Assembly: GCA_951406725.2 (NCBI GenBank)
Contig: OX597830.1
Span: 1,984,001 to 2,048,000, forward strand
DNA from: Octopus vulgaris
Taxonomy: Eukaryota
Length of the DNA: 64,000 nucleotides
Direction: 5' to 3'
Notes under the pieces: model-generated
What the model was told of the DNA's origin: nothing
Database searches by the model: none
Seen by the model: the letters and a program-made list of their open reading frames with translations, nothing else
Position numbers and translations under genes: made by a program
Shown here: positions 13,136-27,145 of the stretch, piece after piece
Numbering within the stretch: the stretch's first letter is position 1
Layout: each line of letters starts with the position of its first letter

Positions 13136-16100
13136 GAAGTTCTTGAGGCCTTCTACCATGCCATATATTTCCCCACAGATAAGTCTAGCACTGTACAAGC
13201 ATACTTAAACTGGAGACAGAAACACCCTGAAGTAAGACCCTACATAGACAGTAACAAGCTTGCCAATGTTAGAAGAAACAGTATAAAAAAGAAATTACTG
13301 ACTGAAGTAGAGATTGATCAGGTTAGACAAGCAATATCGGATAAAATGAACGAAGCTGCAGCTAGAGAAGATAATACAGAGGAAATGATTATAGACCAGC
13401 CCAGGGCGGATAAAAACGAAGAGAGGATTGAAAGAGTTAGTATAAGTGATAGGCAAAGTGAAATACGCCCTGAACCAATCATAAACACTAAGACAGATGA
13501 GCATCAAATAGATAAAGAAAGTCACACAAATATTGACCCAACAGAACTACATGAGCTAAAAAATCAAATCATGATTGAATGGCTGAAAATTAAAGAAACC
13601 AGCATGGATGAGCGTGATACACTTCCTAAAATCCGCAACTCTAACCAAAACATGAAAATAATTGGTAAAATCCGGCCACTTAAGGATATAATTTCAGTTA
13701 ATGATGTTGATATCACAAACCTCAACCACCTATACTATGCATCCGCGAAAATCTCAACGATCCTATGTGGTGTAAAGATTAGAAAACGGCAACAGTCCCA
13801 CAAAAAGCCTTCTTGGCAAGAGCGTCTGCAACAACAAATTAAAATATTTAGATCTGACATTGAACATTTGAAAAACCTTAAGGCTCACAAGACTACCAAA
13901 CTTACAAAAACCCAAAAATTACTGAAAAAATACAATATGAAAACTATACTTGATATTGATGCCACCATAGAAACCATCAAACAAAAGGTATCTGCCAAAG
14001 CTGCCCGCATAGCGAGGTATGAAAAGCGTGTTAGATTTTTCAAGGACAACAACATGTTCAAAAATAACACCAAGAATTTTTACAGGAAGATAGGAAAAAC
14101 AGCGTTTACTGCAGGGTCTGTACCATCAAAAGATGAAGTGCAGAGATTTTGGAATAAAATCTGGGCAGAAGAAAAAACACACAACGAAAAGGCCCCCTGG
14201 ATTGACAGAATATCTACAGAACTGGACCCCTTAGAAGAGCAAAAGTGGGAGGGTGTCAAGGTAGAAGATATAAGATCTGCTCTCAGGAGGTTAAGCAAAT
14301 GGAAGTCTCCAGGAAAGGATAAAATTCCTAACTTCTGGCTGAATGCCTTCCCAGAGAGCCATGAACTGCTAACAGAACTGTACAATGATGTTTTGCAACA
14401 CCCTAGTAGGATGCCTCCTTGACTAGTTAATGGGTTAACATTCCTGCTTCCAAAAAGTGAAGAAACAAATGAACCAAAAAACTATAGACCCATAACCTGC
14501 TTAACAACTATGTACAAAACACTAACATCTGTCCTGACGGAATATACCTATAGTTTTTTGACAGACAGCAGCATATTCCCTAATGAACAGAAAGGATGTA
14601 AACGTGGATCCTACGGCTGTAAAGACCAACTACTCATCAATAAGATGATCTTAGAAGATTGTCACAAACGACACAAAAACTTATCAATAGCCTGGATAGA
14701 CTATAAAAAGGCTTTTGATAGCCTGCCACATAGCTGGATTAGGAAATGCCTTGAAATGTATAAGATAGCACCAACTCTGCGAAACTTCTTGACTGTAAGT
14801 ATGAGATCATGGAGAACCACACTAACTCTGAACAGTGACAGTGAATCCCTAAATCCTGGTGATGTAAAAATTTCGTGTGGCATTTTCCAGGGTGACTCAC
14901 TGTCACCACTCCTCTTTTGTTTATCCTTAATACCTCTCTCAAAGCTGCTCAATGACGCGCAGTACGGGTATAAAATGTTTGATAAAAATATAAATCATCT
15001 CGTTTACATGGATGATTTAAAGCTTTTGCAAAAAATGATCAACAACTCAAGGGCTTACTAGCGATAGTCAAACAATTCAGTGACGACATCAGAATGCAAT
15101 TCGGCCTCGATAAATGTGCAAAGGCTACCTTTATCAAAGGAAAAATGACAGAAACATCTAACGTTAACCTTGACCAACAGAATGTCATAAAAGAACTAGA
15201 CCCAGCGGAGAGCTACAAGTACCTAGGGGTAATTGAAGGGAACGGAATAAGGCATTCAGAGATGAAGGAAAGGATCAGGAGAGAATGCTATCGAAGAGTG
15301 AGAACAATACTCAAGACAGAGCTGAATGCAAGAAACAGGATCGAAGCAATCAATGCATTAGCTATACCAGTCGTGACTTACAGTTTCAATATTGTTAACT
15401 GGTCAATTACTGAAATATGTCAGCTCGACAGAAAAATAAGGAAACTGTTGACAATGCATAGAATGCACCACCCTAAGGCAGATACAGAACGACTCTATCT
15501 GCCAAGAAAAGAGGAGGCCGTGGTCTTTTGCAACTGGCAATAACAATGAAGATTGCTACAATTGGCCTAGACACCTACCTGAAAAACTCTGAGGACTGGA
15601 TGTTAAAACTTGTCTCAAAACATGAAAACAAGAAAGCATCATACTCAGTCACAAAACAGGCAAAGGAATATCTAAGTGAATTCCGAATACAACCAATTTC
15701 GGAATTAGAGATAGATATACAAGAAACAAGCACAGAAAAAGCTAGGCGCATGAAAACCCGTGCCAAAACTGCGGCCTTAGATATTCTGAATAATAAATGG
15801 CAAGAAAAACCTCTCTATGGCAAATACCCAAAGAGAGCGAATAATGCAGATATCGACAAAGCCCTGACCCATCAATGGCTAATGGCCTCTGGCTTAAAAT
15901 CTGAAACAGAGGGGTTTATCATAGCAGCTCAAGATCAATGCCTACCAACAAGAAACTACCAGGCCAACATATTAAAGATCAGAAGCAGTCCAACGTGTCG
16001 TGTATGCAAGCAACAAAATGAAACCATTGACCATGTGGTCTCCAAGTGCAGTCTTCTAGCGCCTACAGAGTATCTCAACAGGCACGATAGAGCTGCACAA

Positions 16101-16771
16101 TATATTCACTGGGTAATCTGTAAAAACCTGGATTTGCCCCATGAAAAAAACTGGTGGGAACACAAACCACCCCCAGTGCTTGAAAATGACCACATCTCAC
16201 TCCTCTGGAACTTCACCATTCAAACTGACAGGAGGATAGATGCAAATAGGCCAGACATCATATTGAAAGACTTCAAACAAAGAACATACCTCCTCATTGA
16301 TATGACTGTCCCAATCGATATAAACGTATCTGTCAAGACCTACCAAAAACTGAGCAAATATAAAGATCTTGAAATAGAAATCAGCAAAATGTGGAAGCTG
16401 AAGACTAAAACAATACCTGTTGTCATAGGTGCCCTGGGAATGATAGCAAAAGGGGCTGATAGCTACCTAACTCAGATACCAGGAAACCCCAAAATGGCAG
16501 AAGTTCAAAAGATAGTTCTCATGGGAACTGCTCATATCCTACGCAAAATACTCTCTATGTAATCTCAAGGTTTAAAACAAACATAATTTTCGGTTTAAAA
16601 AAAAAAAAAAAAAAAAACCTTTTTTTTTAGACATTCATTAGTACAACACCCCCCAAATATATGGCACACTAGGCATAACAACAACATGAACTTCCAACCC
16701 TGTTGTCTCTTGAGGTCTTTGGGTGAGACTTGGAGCCAACTTGTACAAATATAAAGCAAAAGTCAAACATA

Positions 16772-16772
<1 letters not shown>
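13133..16772 (+). mobile_element. R4/Dong-clade non-LTR retrotransposon copy C, the longest copy (3.64 kb), 5'-truncated and inactivated
   Basis: ORF pieces 13133-14422, 14510-15061, 15094-15543 and 15528-16562 cover the N-terminal region, RT (YMDD), CRVC..H..C, RHD, RPD..LIDMTVP and KYKDL. TGA stop at 14420 and frameshifts near 15025 and 15510. (AAT)n on both flanks (13107-13132, 16773-16849). Confidence 0.95.
15528..16562 (+). pseudogene. Zinc knuckle and restriction-like endonuclease region of copy C
   Basis: LKSETEGFIIAAQDQ, CRVCKQQNETIDHVVSKC, RHDR, NRPDII, LIDMTVP, VQKIVLMGTAHILRKILSM*. Confidence 0.9.
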
Positions 16773-16847
<75 letters not shown>

Positions 16848-16849
<2 letters not shown>

Positions 16850-17129
16850 GGAAGTAAGAAAAGTCGGTAGATATGACAGGGTAGCTTGGGGAGGTTAAGC
16901 TGTTGTGGTCGATGAAAAAGGTGGTAATAGTACCAATAATTGTCAGAGCCCTGGGAACAGTGAGTAAAAACCTTGAAGTACATGGAAAAATATGGGCTTC
17001 AATAAGTTTGGAGCACTTGCAGAAAACGGCACTGTTTGGAACCGCTCGAATACTCCGGAGGGTGCTCGAAAAATAAGAGGTGTTATCTTATTCACTGGTA
17101 GTGAACAACATTAGAAGCTGTACAAAGGC
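16848..17129 (+). mobile_element. Degenerate 3' remnant of a further R4/Dong family (copy F)
   Basis: Hand translation gives KEVRKVGRYD..EVKLLWSMKKVVIVPIIVRALGTVSKNLE..LEHLQKTALFGTARILRRVLEK* (stop 17074-17076), then a short UTR and an (AAT)n tail at 17130-17232. Confidence 0.82.
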
Positions 17130-17164
<35 letters not shown>

Positions 17165-17232
17165 TGATGATAATGATAATAATAGTAATAATAATAATAA
17201 TAATAACAATAATAATAATAATAATAATAGTA

Positions 17233-17513
17233 AGGCTACAGCAAATATACTCAGTACCACAGACTTGCTGGTCAGTTGCTCGACCTTAACCAGTTGAGCA
17301 TGTCCTTTTGCTAATCGATCTGAAGAAAATTCTAACTGAGCCTCACCGGTCAAGCGCTGTCTATCTTGATATGAGATCACCATGGTGCACACATATGGTT
17401 GTGATGCATGCGCCTGGTGTACCCTCATGAGACGGGTAGGCATGGTGAGTATATAGGCATTCGTATATTTGTATCCCAGTGCCACTCTGTTGGCATGCGC
17501 TGTTCTCTCACAC
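17233..17513 (+). mobile_element. Non-coding interspersed repeat abutting (AAT)n tracts; internally deleted relative to the copy at 50548-51000
   Basis: Reverse-complement match to 50548-51000, e.g. GATATGAGATCACCATG, CACATATGGTTGTGATG, GGCTACAGCAAATAT. Orientation assigned from the AAT-rich end only. Confidence 0.75.
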
Positions 17514-20424
17514 AATCATAACAATAATGATGATGATGATAAGAAACCCATCTGGTCTTATATATTGAAATTATTAAGTATGTTATGATGATTTCCTGTT
17601 TAGAATTTACCTGTTGATTGATAATTTCATTATTGCACGGAGTTGCTTTCGTAATTATTCTTGCTATAATAAATAATGATGACTATAATTGAGGTTGTTG
17701 CCAATACTGATTTAATTAGGAACAGCAATCACAATAGGTATCATCATCATCATCATTGTTCGTCGTTTTCGTCATCACTAAATTTGTGGCTTAATCTCCA
17801 TTATCCTCATCGCCATCAAGACTACATTATTTGACGTGTATACACGTGTGTGTATGAGTGTGGGTGTATGTGTGTATTTATATAGAGAGAGATACATACA
17901 TATGTATGTATATATAAACAAATTCGAAGTGTCGGAGAGAGATGCTTTGTGGTCGGGTGATGTTCTATCATGTCACATGATGTTGCATCTAGAAATACAA
18001 CTCATTACATCATGTCATCACATGACACCACATGAGACGTTACAGAATCATAACCTATCACAACACGTCAAAACAGTAGAACCAAGTTTTACCTTTGAAA
18101 ATGCATTCTTGGGAATTCAAAAACATTAAAAAATTTTTTACAGCATTCAGAACTCGGAATTAAAAAAATGTAAAATGAAAGAAAGAATAAAATCTGAATT
18201 CAATTGGTTGAATTTCGAATATGAAATATTTACAAACCTTGATAAAATGACTTCACTGTAGATTTGATATTTGAAAAGCTGGTAGGAATGATGCGCGTGT
18301 TGAGATGACGATGACGGTAGTGTTGGCAGTAGTAAGGGTTCAAACACTCTGTATGTCATACGTAATGTATATTACACCGTCGATAAGCCAGTTCCTGGGG
18401 TATTTGTCCTGAGATAACACGAGCAGTGTTAAAAACACAATAAACACCTTAGAGAGACGAACATTCGACCTAGCAGTGGCCAACGACAACGCCACGTATA
18501 TTTTTGACCTTTATAGGCCTTTGCAATAATCGAGTACTACCTCAATTGCACACACACACACACACACACATGAAGTTGACTTCCACGTCCTCCAGTTTAT
18601 CATCGCATTAGTCTAGAAAGAATTTACCAGTATGTTACGTAAATTGCTTCCTCAGTCTAGTATTTACGCACACATATGTGTCCCTATTCTAGCTAAGACC
18701 ACCGAGGCAGACCGTAGTATCATCACAGTGGAAGGACTGAAATAATTGAATGTGTATGTGTATATGTATGCATGAATTCATATATTTATGTCTTCATCTT
18801 TCTTTCATTTATTAGAAGACTTCCTTGAAAAAAGGACCACGTTTGTTATAAAGCAAGAAAATGTCATCGTTGAATAATATCACTAATAGTTACCAGTTAA
18901 ATATTAGATATGTCGTATGGTTTTACTGTTTTGTTTACATATTGGAGTAGATTGTGGGTTAACTGGTCACTTCCTAGTTTTTTTTCTCCCTATTAACACT
19001 ATTACATTTGCTAATAGCGTGACATACATCATTAATTGTTGGTATAAACCTGAAATGACAATCAGTTTCGACGAGCGGCGTATTTCGAAACAGTTGTTCG
19101 TAAATATTTTCCTTCTCACTGAGTTTGGTCAATATGCTCACAACTACACGTCAGTTAACTCATTATGATTTTTCTTTTCGGTTTCTAAACTATTTCTCGA
19201 TTGTTTTGTTCACAGTTTATAAAAACGTTGTCAAGAATCTTCCACGATTGTATATTTGCTCTGATATTTATGTATTTAATAGCAGAGGTATTTTATTATT
19301 ATCTTAAGACATTTCTTTTCTACAGACGTAATTGTCTTTTGTCTTAGCAAGAACATCTTGTTGTAGCAAGAGGGAGTACCTTGATTGCATTTTTGTACAA
19401 CAACCGATTGCATGCGTTTATGCCCACCACACAAGAAGAAGGACATACTTGGCATTTGCAGATGAACTCTTTTCATTTGAAGGACATCAGTGTCTCGTTG
19501 CTCATCTTCTGCTTTTAGATTGCAAAAGCGTAACGTTCGAGATGCGATGTGATATATTGGTTTACGCCAAAGAGAGACTTCTCATCAAACGAATACTTAT
19601 CGTCGTCTTCAAGTTTACGGGGGAAAATCATGCATAATCTTGTTTTCTTTTTTGCGGTATGCAGACCGTTTCTCTTCCCCTTCTTAGCTGAAGCTTACAA
19701 ATCTAGTACTTCTGATTTCCCATGGGAGGTCACAAAACAAAGCAAACGATTCTCCAGGCGTTCACAACCGTCCTGCAGTTATTCAAATCATTTTTGAGCA
19801 CTCGGTTTATGGAATGAATTTTCTTGCTGCTCTGTAGTAGATACATGTTTGTATCTATGTATGTATATATTAGATAAAAGATGGAGCAAGCAAAGTGTGG
19901 TGTATATCGGCCATTATAACCGATGCACAGTTGTTAAATGTTGTCTGAAATGGAACTCAAAGTATGACAGCGAAAGCTATTAGTCTGGCAAAACTAGTTT
20001 GAAGTTTGTCGAAGTGCTTGTTCTATTCATATATATTTATATATATATGCATGCGTGAGTGTGTCTGCATATAAGCAAATATATATACATTATATGTGTG
20101 CGAATGTATATATATGGATGTGCATATGTTTTCTTATTCTTTTATTAATTTATTCATTTCAGATGCAACATGAACTTCTTAACCACATGACCGTTCCTGT
20201 AATCTTTGAATTTATGAATATGTATATATATATATGTAACTGTGTATGCACGCTTGTGCGTGTGTGTGTGTGTGTGTGTGTATGAATATGATGAATATGC
20301 TGAATACGTGAATATACAGATATCTATATCTGTATGAAGGCATAGGTACATAAATGTTGACACATGTATGTATGTATGTATGTATGTATGTATGTATGTA
20401 CCTATCTATCTATCTATCTATCTA

Positions 20425-20472
<48 letters not shown>

Positions 20473-21401
20473 AATATATGTATTTATATGCGTATACAGA
20501 GAATGTGCACGTGTGTGTATATACTTGCATGTGTACATGTGTGCGTATTTAAAAGAAATGTTACGATCTCCAAGTGGACATGATACAGATCTTTATTCTC
20601 TGGCTGTGATCGAATATTCAAATTGAATTTCATCACGAGTGCTCTTGTTATTTTTGTTGTTTGTGCTGCTGCTGCTGCTGTTGTTGTTGTTGCTGTTATA
20701 AATGGTTCTCTGGAATAGATGTGAGTACAATAATCTGAAGTGACAGACTAACTTTTATATTTTGTTGTTTTTGTTTCAAGTATTATGCAGCAGAGTGCAG
20801 TAGAGTGCGATGTAGTCGTAATGCATTGTGCAGTATGAGACACAACGGACCGATGTAGAAATGTAACAAGCATTGTTGTTGCAGAGCATCAGATGGACCC
20901 TGATGTATCTGATCATAGACGTGCCATCCATGACTATCTCATTTTAATGTAGTGTATCTTGGATTACATGATTCTTGTATGTCCGTTTACTTTTGAAAGA
21001 TTGTAGGATTTGACTACTATTTCTATATAAGTCGTGTAATTCTATTGAGGCACAAGCATTGTTTAAAGAGAAATGGAATGGGTTATAATGCAAAATAATA
21101 TCTATTGTTCCTCTTGTTATGTCGCTGCTGATACGATTCGAGACATCAAACAGAGACAGTTGTCAGAGCAACAGACGTGATATTCGTACAGGCTCTTTGC
21201 GCTTTGAGTTCATATTCTCCCGCTGTGGTCGGCTAAATCGTCTCCTCTTTCAGGTGATAAGTTTTCCAATATTTTTCTTCTCATTAATACATTTGAAGGA
21301 ACAGTGATGTGGAAGTAACACGTGTCCATTGCTGGGATTTAAGCAACAAATAACAAAACAATAATCATTGTACTCTAAATTTTACCTCCAGCGAACAAAA
21401 C

Positions 21402-21470
<69 letters not shown>

Positions 21471-23361
21471 TGTGTGTGTGTTGGTGATTGTAAGAAAAGA
21501 CATTTACTAACAGAAAGACATGCTATTAAAATAAATGATCTTTTACATACCTCTTTTTTAAATCACTGTGGATAAATTTTAGTAATGACCTCCTCAGAAA
21601 TAATTATAGACAGAAACAATGCGGAGGAGGCAATTATCATAAATTTATAATATTTACCGCCACCTCATTTTTTTTTATTAGCATAAATGTGTTTATAGGG
21701 AGACAAATTTTGAAAAACATCAATACATGTCAGAGTGGTCGTGGGATGTGCTAAAAACAACAACCATGTCTCTCTTAACTCACAACACTTTTTGTCTGAA
21801 AATGACTACATATTTTTTCTTTACCAAAAAGGCTCATCCCATGGTTTTTAAAGGCGTAGTGCCAAAGTAATTGGCTAAAATCGATCTGGAGGAGGGTGAT
21901 GATGGGGAAGTTGAAAGCAATTTCATGAATTTTATTTTATGTTATTTTATTTATTTTATTTTATTTAGTTTCAGCTCACAAGCTGTGACCATGCTGGGGC
22001 ACCGCCATTAAAAAACAGAAATTAAAAAATCTTTTCATGAAAAGATGCTCCTTTTAATTTCAAAGGGCGTGATGAAATAAAAAAAAAAATCGGAAAAGTC
22101 GCTGTCAAAGGGGAAAAAAATTCCACGTATGTGAGCGTCCTAATCCGAGGCTCCACCCGAGCAAGACCCGTTGTTGTCATCGTCTCCGTCGTAGTCTAGT
22201 AGTAGTGGCAGTGCAAGCAGCAGCAACACCAGCAGTAGTAGCAGTAGTAATAGTAGCAGTAGTAGTAGATGTGTATCGTCACATTATTCTTGATCGGTGA
22301 TAGATAACAAGTGATGTGAACCATCGGCTAACAAATGTCATCTTGAAAGAGATATGGCTGGAAAGAGATGATATCTAGTTGGAGAGTTGGACTTGAGGCG
22401 AAACACTTGTTAGTCGAACCAGTAGGGGCAGTGTCACATCAATGAAAGGGAAGCTCCGAAACGGTACGCATTCTCTCCTGGTGTCATACTTACACATGCA
22501 AGCGGTTTCCAAGCCGCTCAAGATTAAATATTTAAAAACAACCAAGATAATTCTTATTCTAGGCACTGCCCACATCCACTCCCCTCCTTGTAATGCAGTA
22601 TTCGATGACATGACACACAAACTGACTCTCAAGCCACATTCCACATTCTGTACCAACCAGTTTATTTCTGGATACCATTCGTTGTTCTCAATGCTATTGT
22701 TTAACCCCAGGTCTGATCCAATAAACCAATGAGCAAGAGCATTCCATCTGTGGAATGATTTGGTGTATTGCATTTTAGAGGTATGTGAAGGTGGTCACTG
22801 CTGGAGTGTCACTGATCATATGGCTGCAGGAACACCTACATTCCGACATTCAGTTATTTGTCATTTCCTTTCAGAGTTTTCTCCCTTGACTTTTTGTGCA
22901 GACCTAAATATTTGTGTTAAGGGTGTGTGATCTATTATTAGTGATGCTAAACACCACTTAAATATATTTATTTCTTGCACAAGGCAGTCCTGGTTAATTC
23001 TCCTATCGCCATTAAATTGTGTGTTCGTATGTGTATGTATGCAACGCGCGCATGTGCGTTGTAAAGCGATCTCTGTGAGACTCCATTGAAGACTTGCCAG
23101 TTACAGTGAACTTGTGTCTAGTATTTGCCTGCAATTAAAATGTTTATTGATAGTCTACGTCTCAGTTGCAGCTGATGGTGTTGGGTGAAGGTCACAATAT
23201 CAGTAGCATCAAAGTCATCGCTTTATTTCAATAGCTAAGTATATTCCCCATTCTAGTCACAGATCACGAGATATTATGGGGAGTTAACTCTAATCCGACA
23301 CCAGACAACCAATTTAAAATACGGCCAAACCAACCACCACACACCTCCGCAAACACACACA

Positions 23362-23402
<41 letters not shown>

Positions 23403-25768
23403 TCGCACAAAGTAAGCTTTGAATTTATTAGTTTTGTCTGTAGTAAATCTATTAGTAATATATGAAATTATTTAATCTCTCTGAACACATTTTTTTATAA
23501 ATATTTTGTATGTATATTTCCGTTGTTTTTCGTTGTTATTCCCCACCTCTCTTGCTTGTTATCTGACTCGAATCTTTCCACCATACACAACCAACATCTA
23601 TGTTGTTAACAGATAAATGGAGACTATCGCAGTAAATGCTTAGCTTATGGCCAGCACAAAAAGCCAATTACCTCGGCTACAATAAAAACATAACAAAACA
23701 ATGGAAGCAAATAAATGATTGTGTGTTTATGTGGAGCTGTGTGTTGTGTATGTATATATTTAGAGCACACACATATATGCATGTACGTGTTTATAACACA
23801 TACGTATGTACAAGCACACACACATATATGTCTATGTGTGTGTGCAGATGAAAGTTCTTGTGTTTATATATGTATGTAAATATGTAAGTATAATTATAAA
23901 AATAAGTAGGAGATTCTGCACCGATTTTACTCTGAGTTTCTCGTCAACATTGTTCGCTATGACTGATATATTTGTAATGAATTACAGTCTAATGTAGCGG
24001 TTATATATTTTGGAAACAAATGTGACTTATAACTGCAGAGATTCTAAAATGTAGAATTTAGCATTAAATCTATTTAATGGCTAACAAAAGGAATTAGAGA
24101 TAAGACTAGAAATATAAGGCGCAGTCTAACAAAAGAGTGAGACAAGTGGGAAAATATGGACGAAGACAGAGAGATGAAGAAGAGGGACACGAAAAGAAAA
24201 ACAAACAAGAAAGAAAAAATAGAGATATAAAGAGAAATAGCAGAGAGAATATAGTGAAAGAAAAGATGGTAAGAGAAAGGGTGTTTGAAGATCTACAACA
24301 ACAATTTATACAGATAGTGACTTTAGCCTTAAGGAGAAAAGGGTGTATTTTTGTTAGGAAATGTGTGAAATAGAATAAGAAAATGTAACTGAAAGAATTA
24401 CGTAAATGACAGAGCTGAATCTATTGAAAAAGAGACAAGAGAGAAGTACATGCATGTAGAGAATGACGAAGAGAAGGAAGACAAGTAACAGAAAATATGA
24501 AGAAAAGAATAAGAGAGGAAAAGAAATGAGATGGAGACAAACGCAAACGCACACAAACATTCTGATAACACGGAGGGAAATATCTGATTGGTTCGTAGAC
24601 TAAATAAAAGTAAGAAGTTGTTCAAAAATTAACTAACAAATACGACCTCTTTTTTTTCTAATTATGTAAGAAAGTAAATCTTGTTATTACTAGTTATTAA
24701 TACTAGTAATTTTAATCTTATATCAAGTATCTTTGAACTACACTTAACTAGTGGGGAAATTAACTAGTTGGCAGAAAATGTGGCTTAGGAAAACGATTTT
24801 AGAATACTTATATACGAATGAAGCCCACAAGTCAAAGAAATTTCAAGAAATTTCACATATGACTCCATTCTCTCTGTTGGTAGAATCGACTTGTTCGCAG
24901 AATGAACTTGTTCTAGTGACAACATTTCGAAATTACTTTTTTTCCTTCTAGACTACAAATCGAAAGGAAAAATCAGTACAAAAACACAGACTCGATCTGG
25001 AACAATATGCTTTAGCAAATATTCTTGAGGATTTGGATAATGATCTTTCTGTAAAGATTTTAATCGCCTTCCTCTCTACGAGTTGATTTCTGAACCTCAT
25101 CACTAAAACAAGTTTATTAGAAACACCTCTTAAACATGCAGACTGAAAATACCAAAATTTTGTGATTGGAGTTCTCTCCTATAACTTAATCTCTGTTGTG
25201 TTTCCTTAATATTTCTATCTTGATTTCTTCATAACACGCATTTTGTACGTAAAACTCACTAATATCCAGAAGAAATTATGTTTAAAGATATTTTACAGGA
25301 GCTGTCCTCCTACCCATCGCGATGTCTACCGAAAATCATGAAGATCTTTGATAATTTTCTAGTGAGAATCTTACATCATAGTAATTAATTTTGAAGTCAT
25401 GGTAAGCGGCTTTTTTTTTCTCACAACTGTTTAAATTTGGATATATTTTTCTTTTCCAATGAACCAATACCTTTTAAACGACGTTTTTATAATCTCCTGC
25501 AAAAGTTTTGTCTTTAGACTGAGGCCATATTGAGCGAGTTTATTAGGTGCATATTTCATCAAAAACACTTAAAGAGCGAAGGACAAGCCAAAGTTTGAGC
25601 AAACATTAAAAGGATATAAAATATGCAAAACTAAAAACCACCAAAAGCAATGTTAAAATTATTTTGTGTAAATGCCCCGCGGTGAGATCAAATCCCAATC
25701 CACATGGTTCTGAAACTAATCATTTAATCACATAAATATACCTGTGTCCTACAAACTTGTTCACGGAG

Positions 25769-26095
<327 letters not shown>

Positions 26096-26523
26096 ATTAC
26101 ACACATACATACGTGCATAATACAAATATGCATGCTTATGTGTGTAAGCGTGTGTTGATTGTTTGAATTGTACAGATATCAAATATTAAGAAATAGGAGG
26201 CAGTCAGAATTTTAGATAATTCTTTATTATCGCTTGAATCTACTTCGTTTTTGAATTTGCTGGTCATTGAGTTAAAATGTGAGTGATCTTTCCACAGATA
26301 CTCAAAGCTTTCAGCAATTGTTAGGTAAAACAAGGAAGACACTATGTATGTACTTCGGAGTTACGCATCCCATCCAATCGAGGGGATTCCGTATAGTTTC
26401 TGTCTACCTGATTTCATTCAGAAAGTAACGTCTACCCGAGGTTTTTGACAATTATCCATGATGTCACTCGGTGTCGAAGAGTTTCTTGACCATTCGCTTA
26501 ACCGTACAGCACTTAAGTCTTAT

Positions 26524-26568
<45 letters not shown>

Positions 26569-27058
26569 GATATATATATATATACCAGATACACATACAT
26601 CGAGATGTGTGTGTAGGCGTGTGTGCATGTATAGCCCATTAACTTATTCAATTTAGAAGTCTTTAATTGTATCTCCCTCACATTCTGACTGGTATGTAGC
26701 GTGTTAGTGTATAATATGATAATGTGGTGTATTGATGCAGTTAAAATATTTTTTCTCGTTTGATTATAGAATAAAAAAAATATTCTGGCTTACCGATTAT
26801 TATCATAGGACACCTGACATATTTGATTATCTAGGAATTCTAAAAATTGTATAATATTGAACACAATGTTAATTATCTTCTTAGAATAAAACGGCCATTA
26901 AAGCGAGGTAGAAACACTCTGTTAAAACAGCCATGGTATTCAAATATTATTGCAGAACTTACTTAAATGTAATTGATGTTGAATATTTGCAGCACTGTAG
27001 CAAATTTATAAGAGACGTAGATACACTTATACACATGCATATATGTATGTATACATAC

Positions 27059-27145
<87 letters not shown>

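Noticed and set aside
13133-16772. Copy C as an active autonomous element
   Set aside because: Premature stop at 14420, two frameshifts and no 5' UTR or start codon.
6004-17232. CRISPR-like repeat-spacer array formed by (AAT)n tracts
   Set aside because: The repeats are variable-length microsatellites and the spacers are retrotransposon copies up to several kb long in eukaryotic DNA; no cas genes.
19330-19840. Coding-like unique sequence with a possible minus-strand acceptor near 19840
   Set aside because: All three minus frames hit stops and no motif is recognisable; BLASTX would be needed.
22437-22470. Hammerhead-like AATGAAAGGGAAGCTCCGAAACGGTA
   Set aside because: Core too degenerate, stem I not evident and no second copy.
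22520-22580. Peptide KIILILGTAHI resembling the Dong C-terminus (QKIVLMGTAHIL)
   Set aside because: Too short, with no flanking homology or AAT tail; could be a tiny remnant but cannot be supported.
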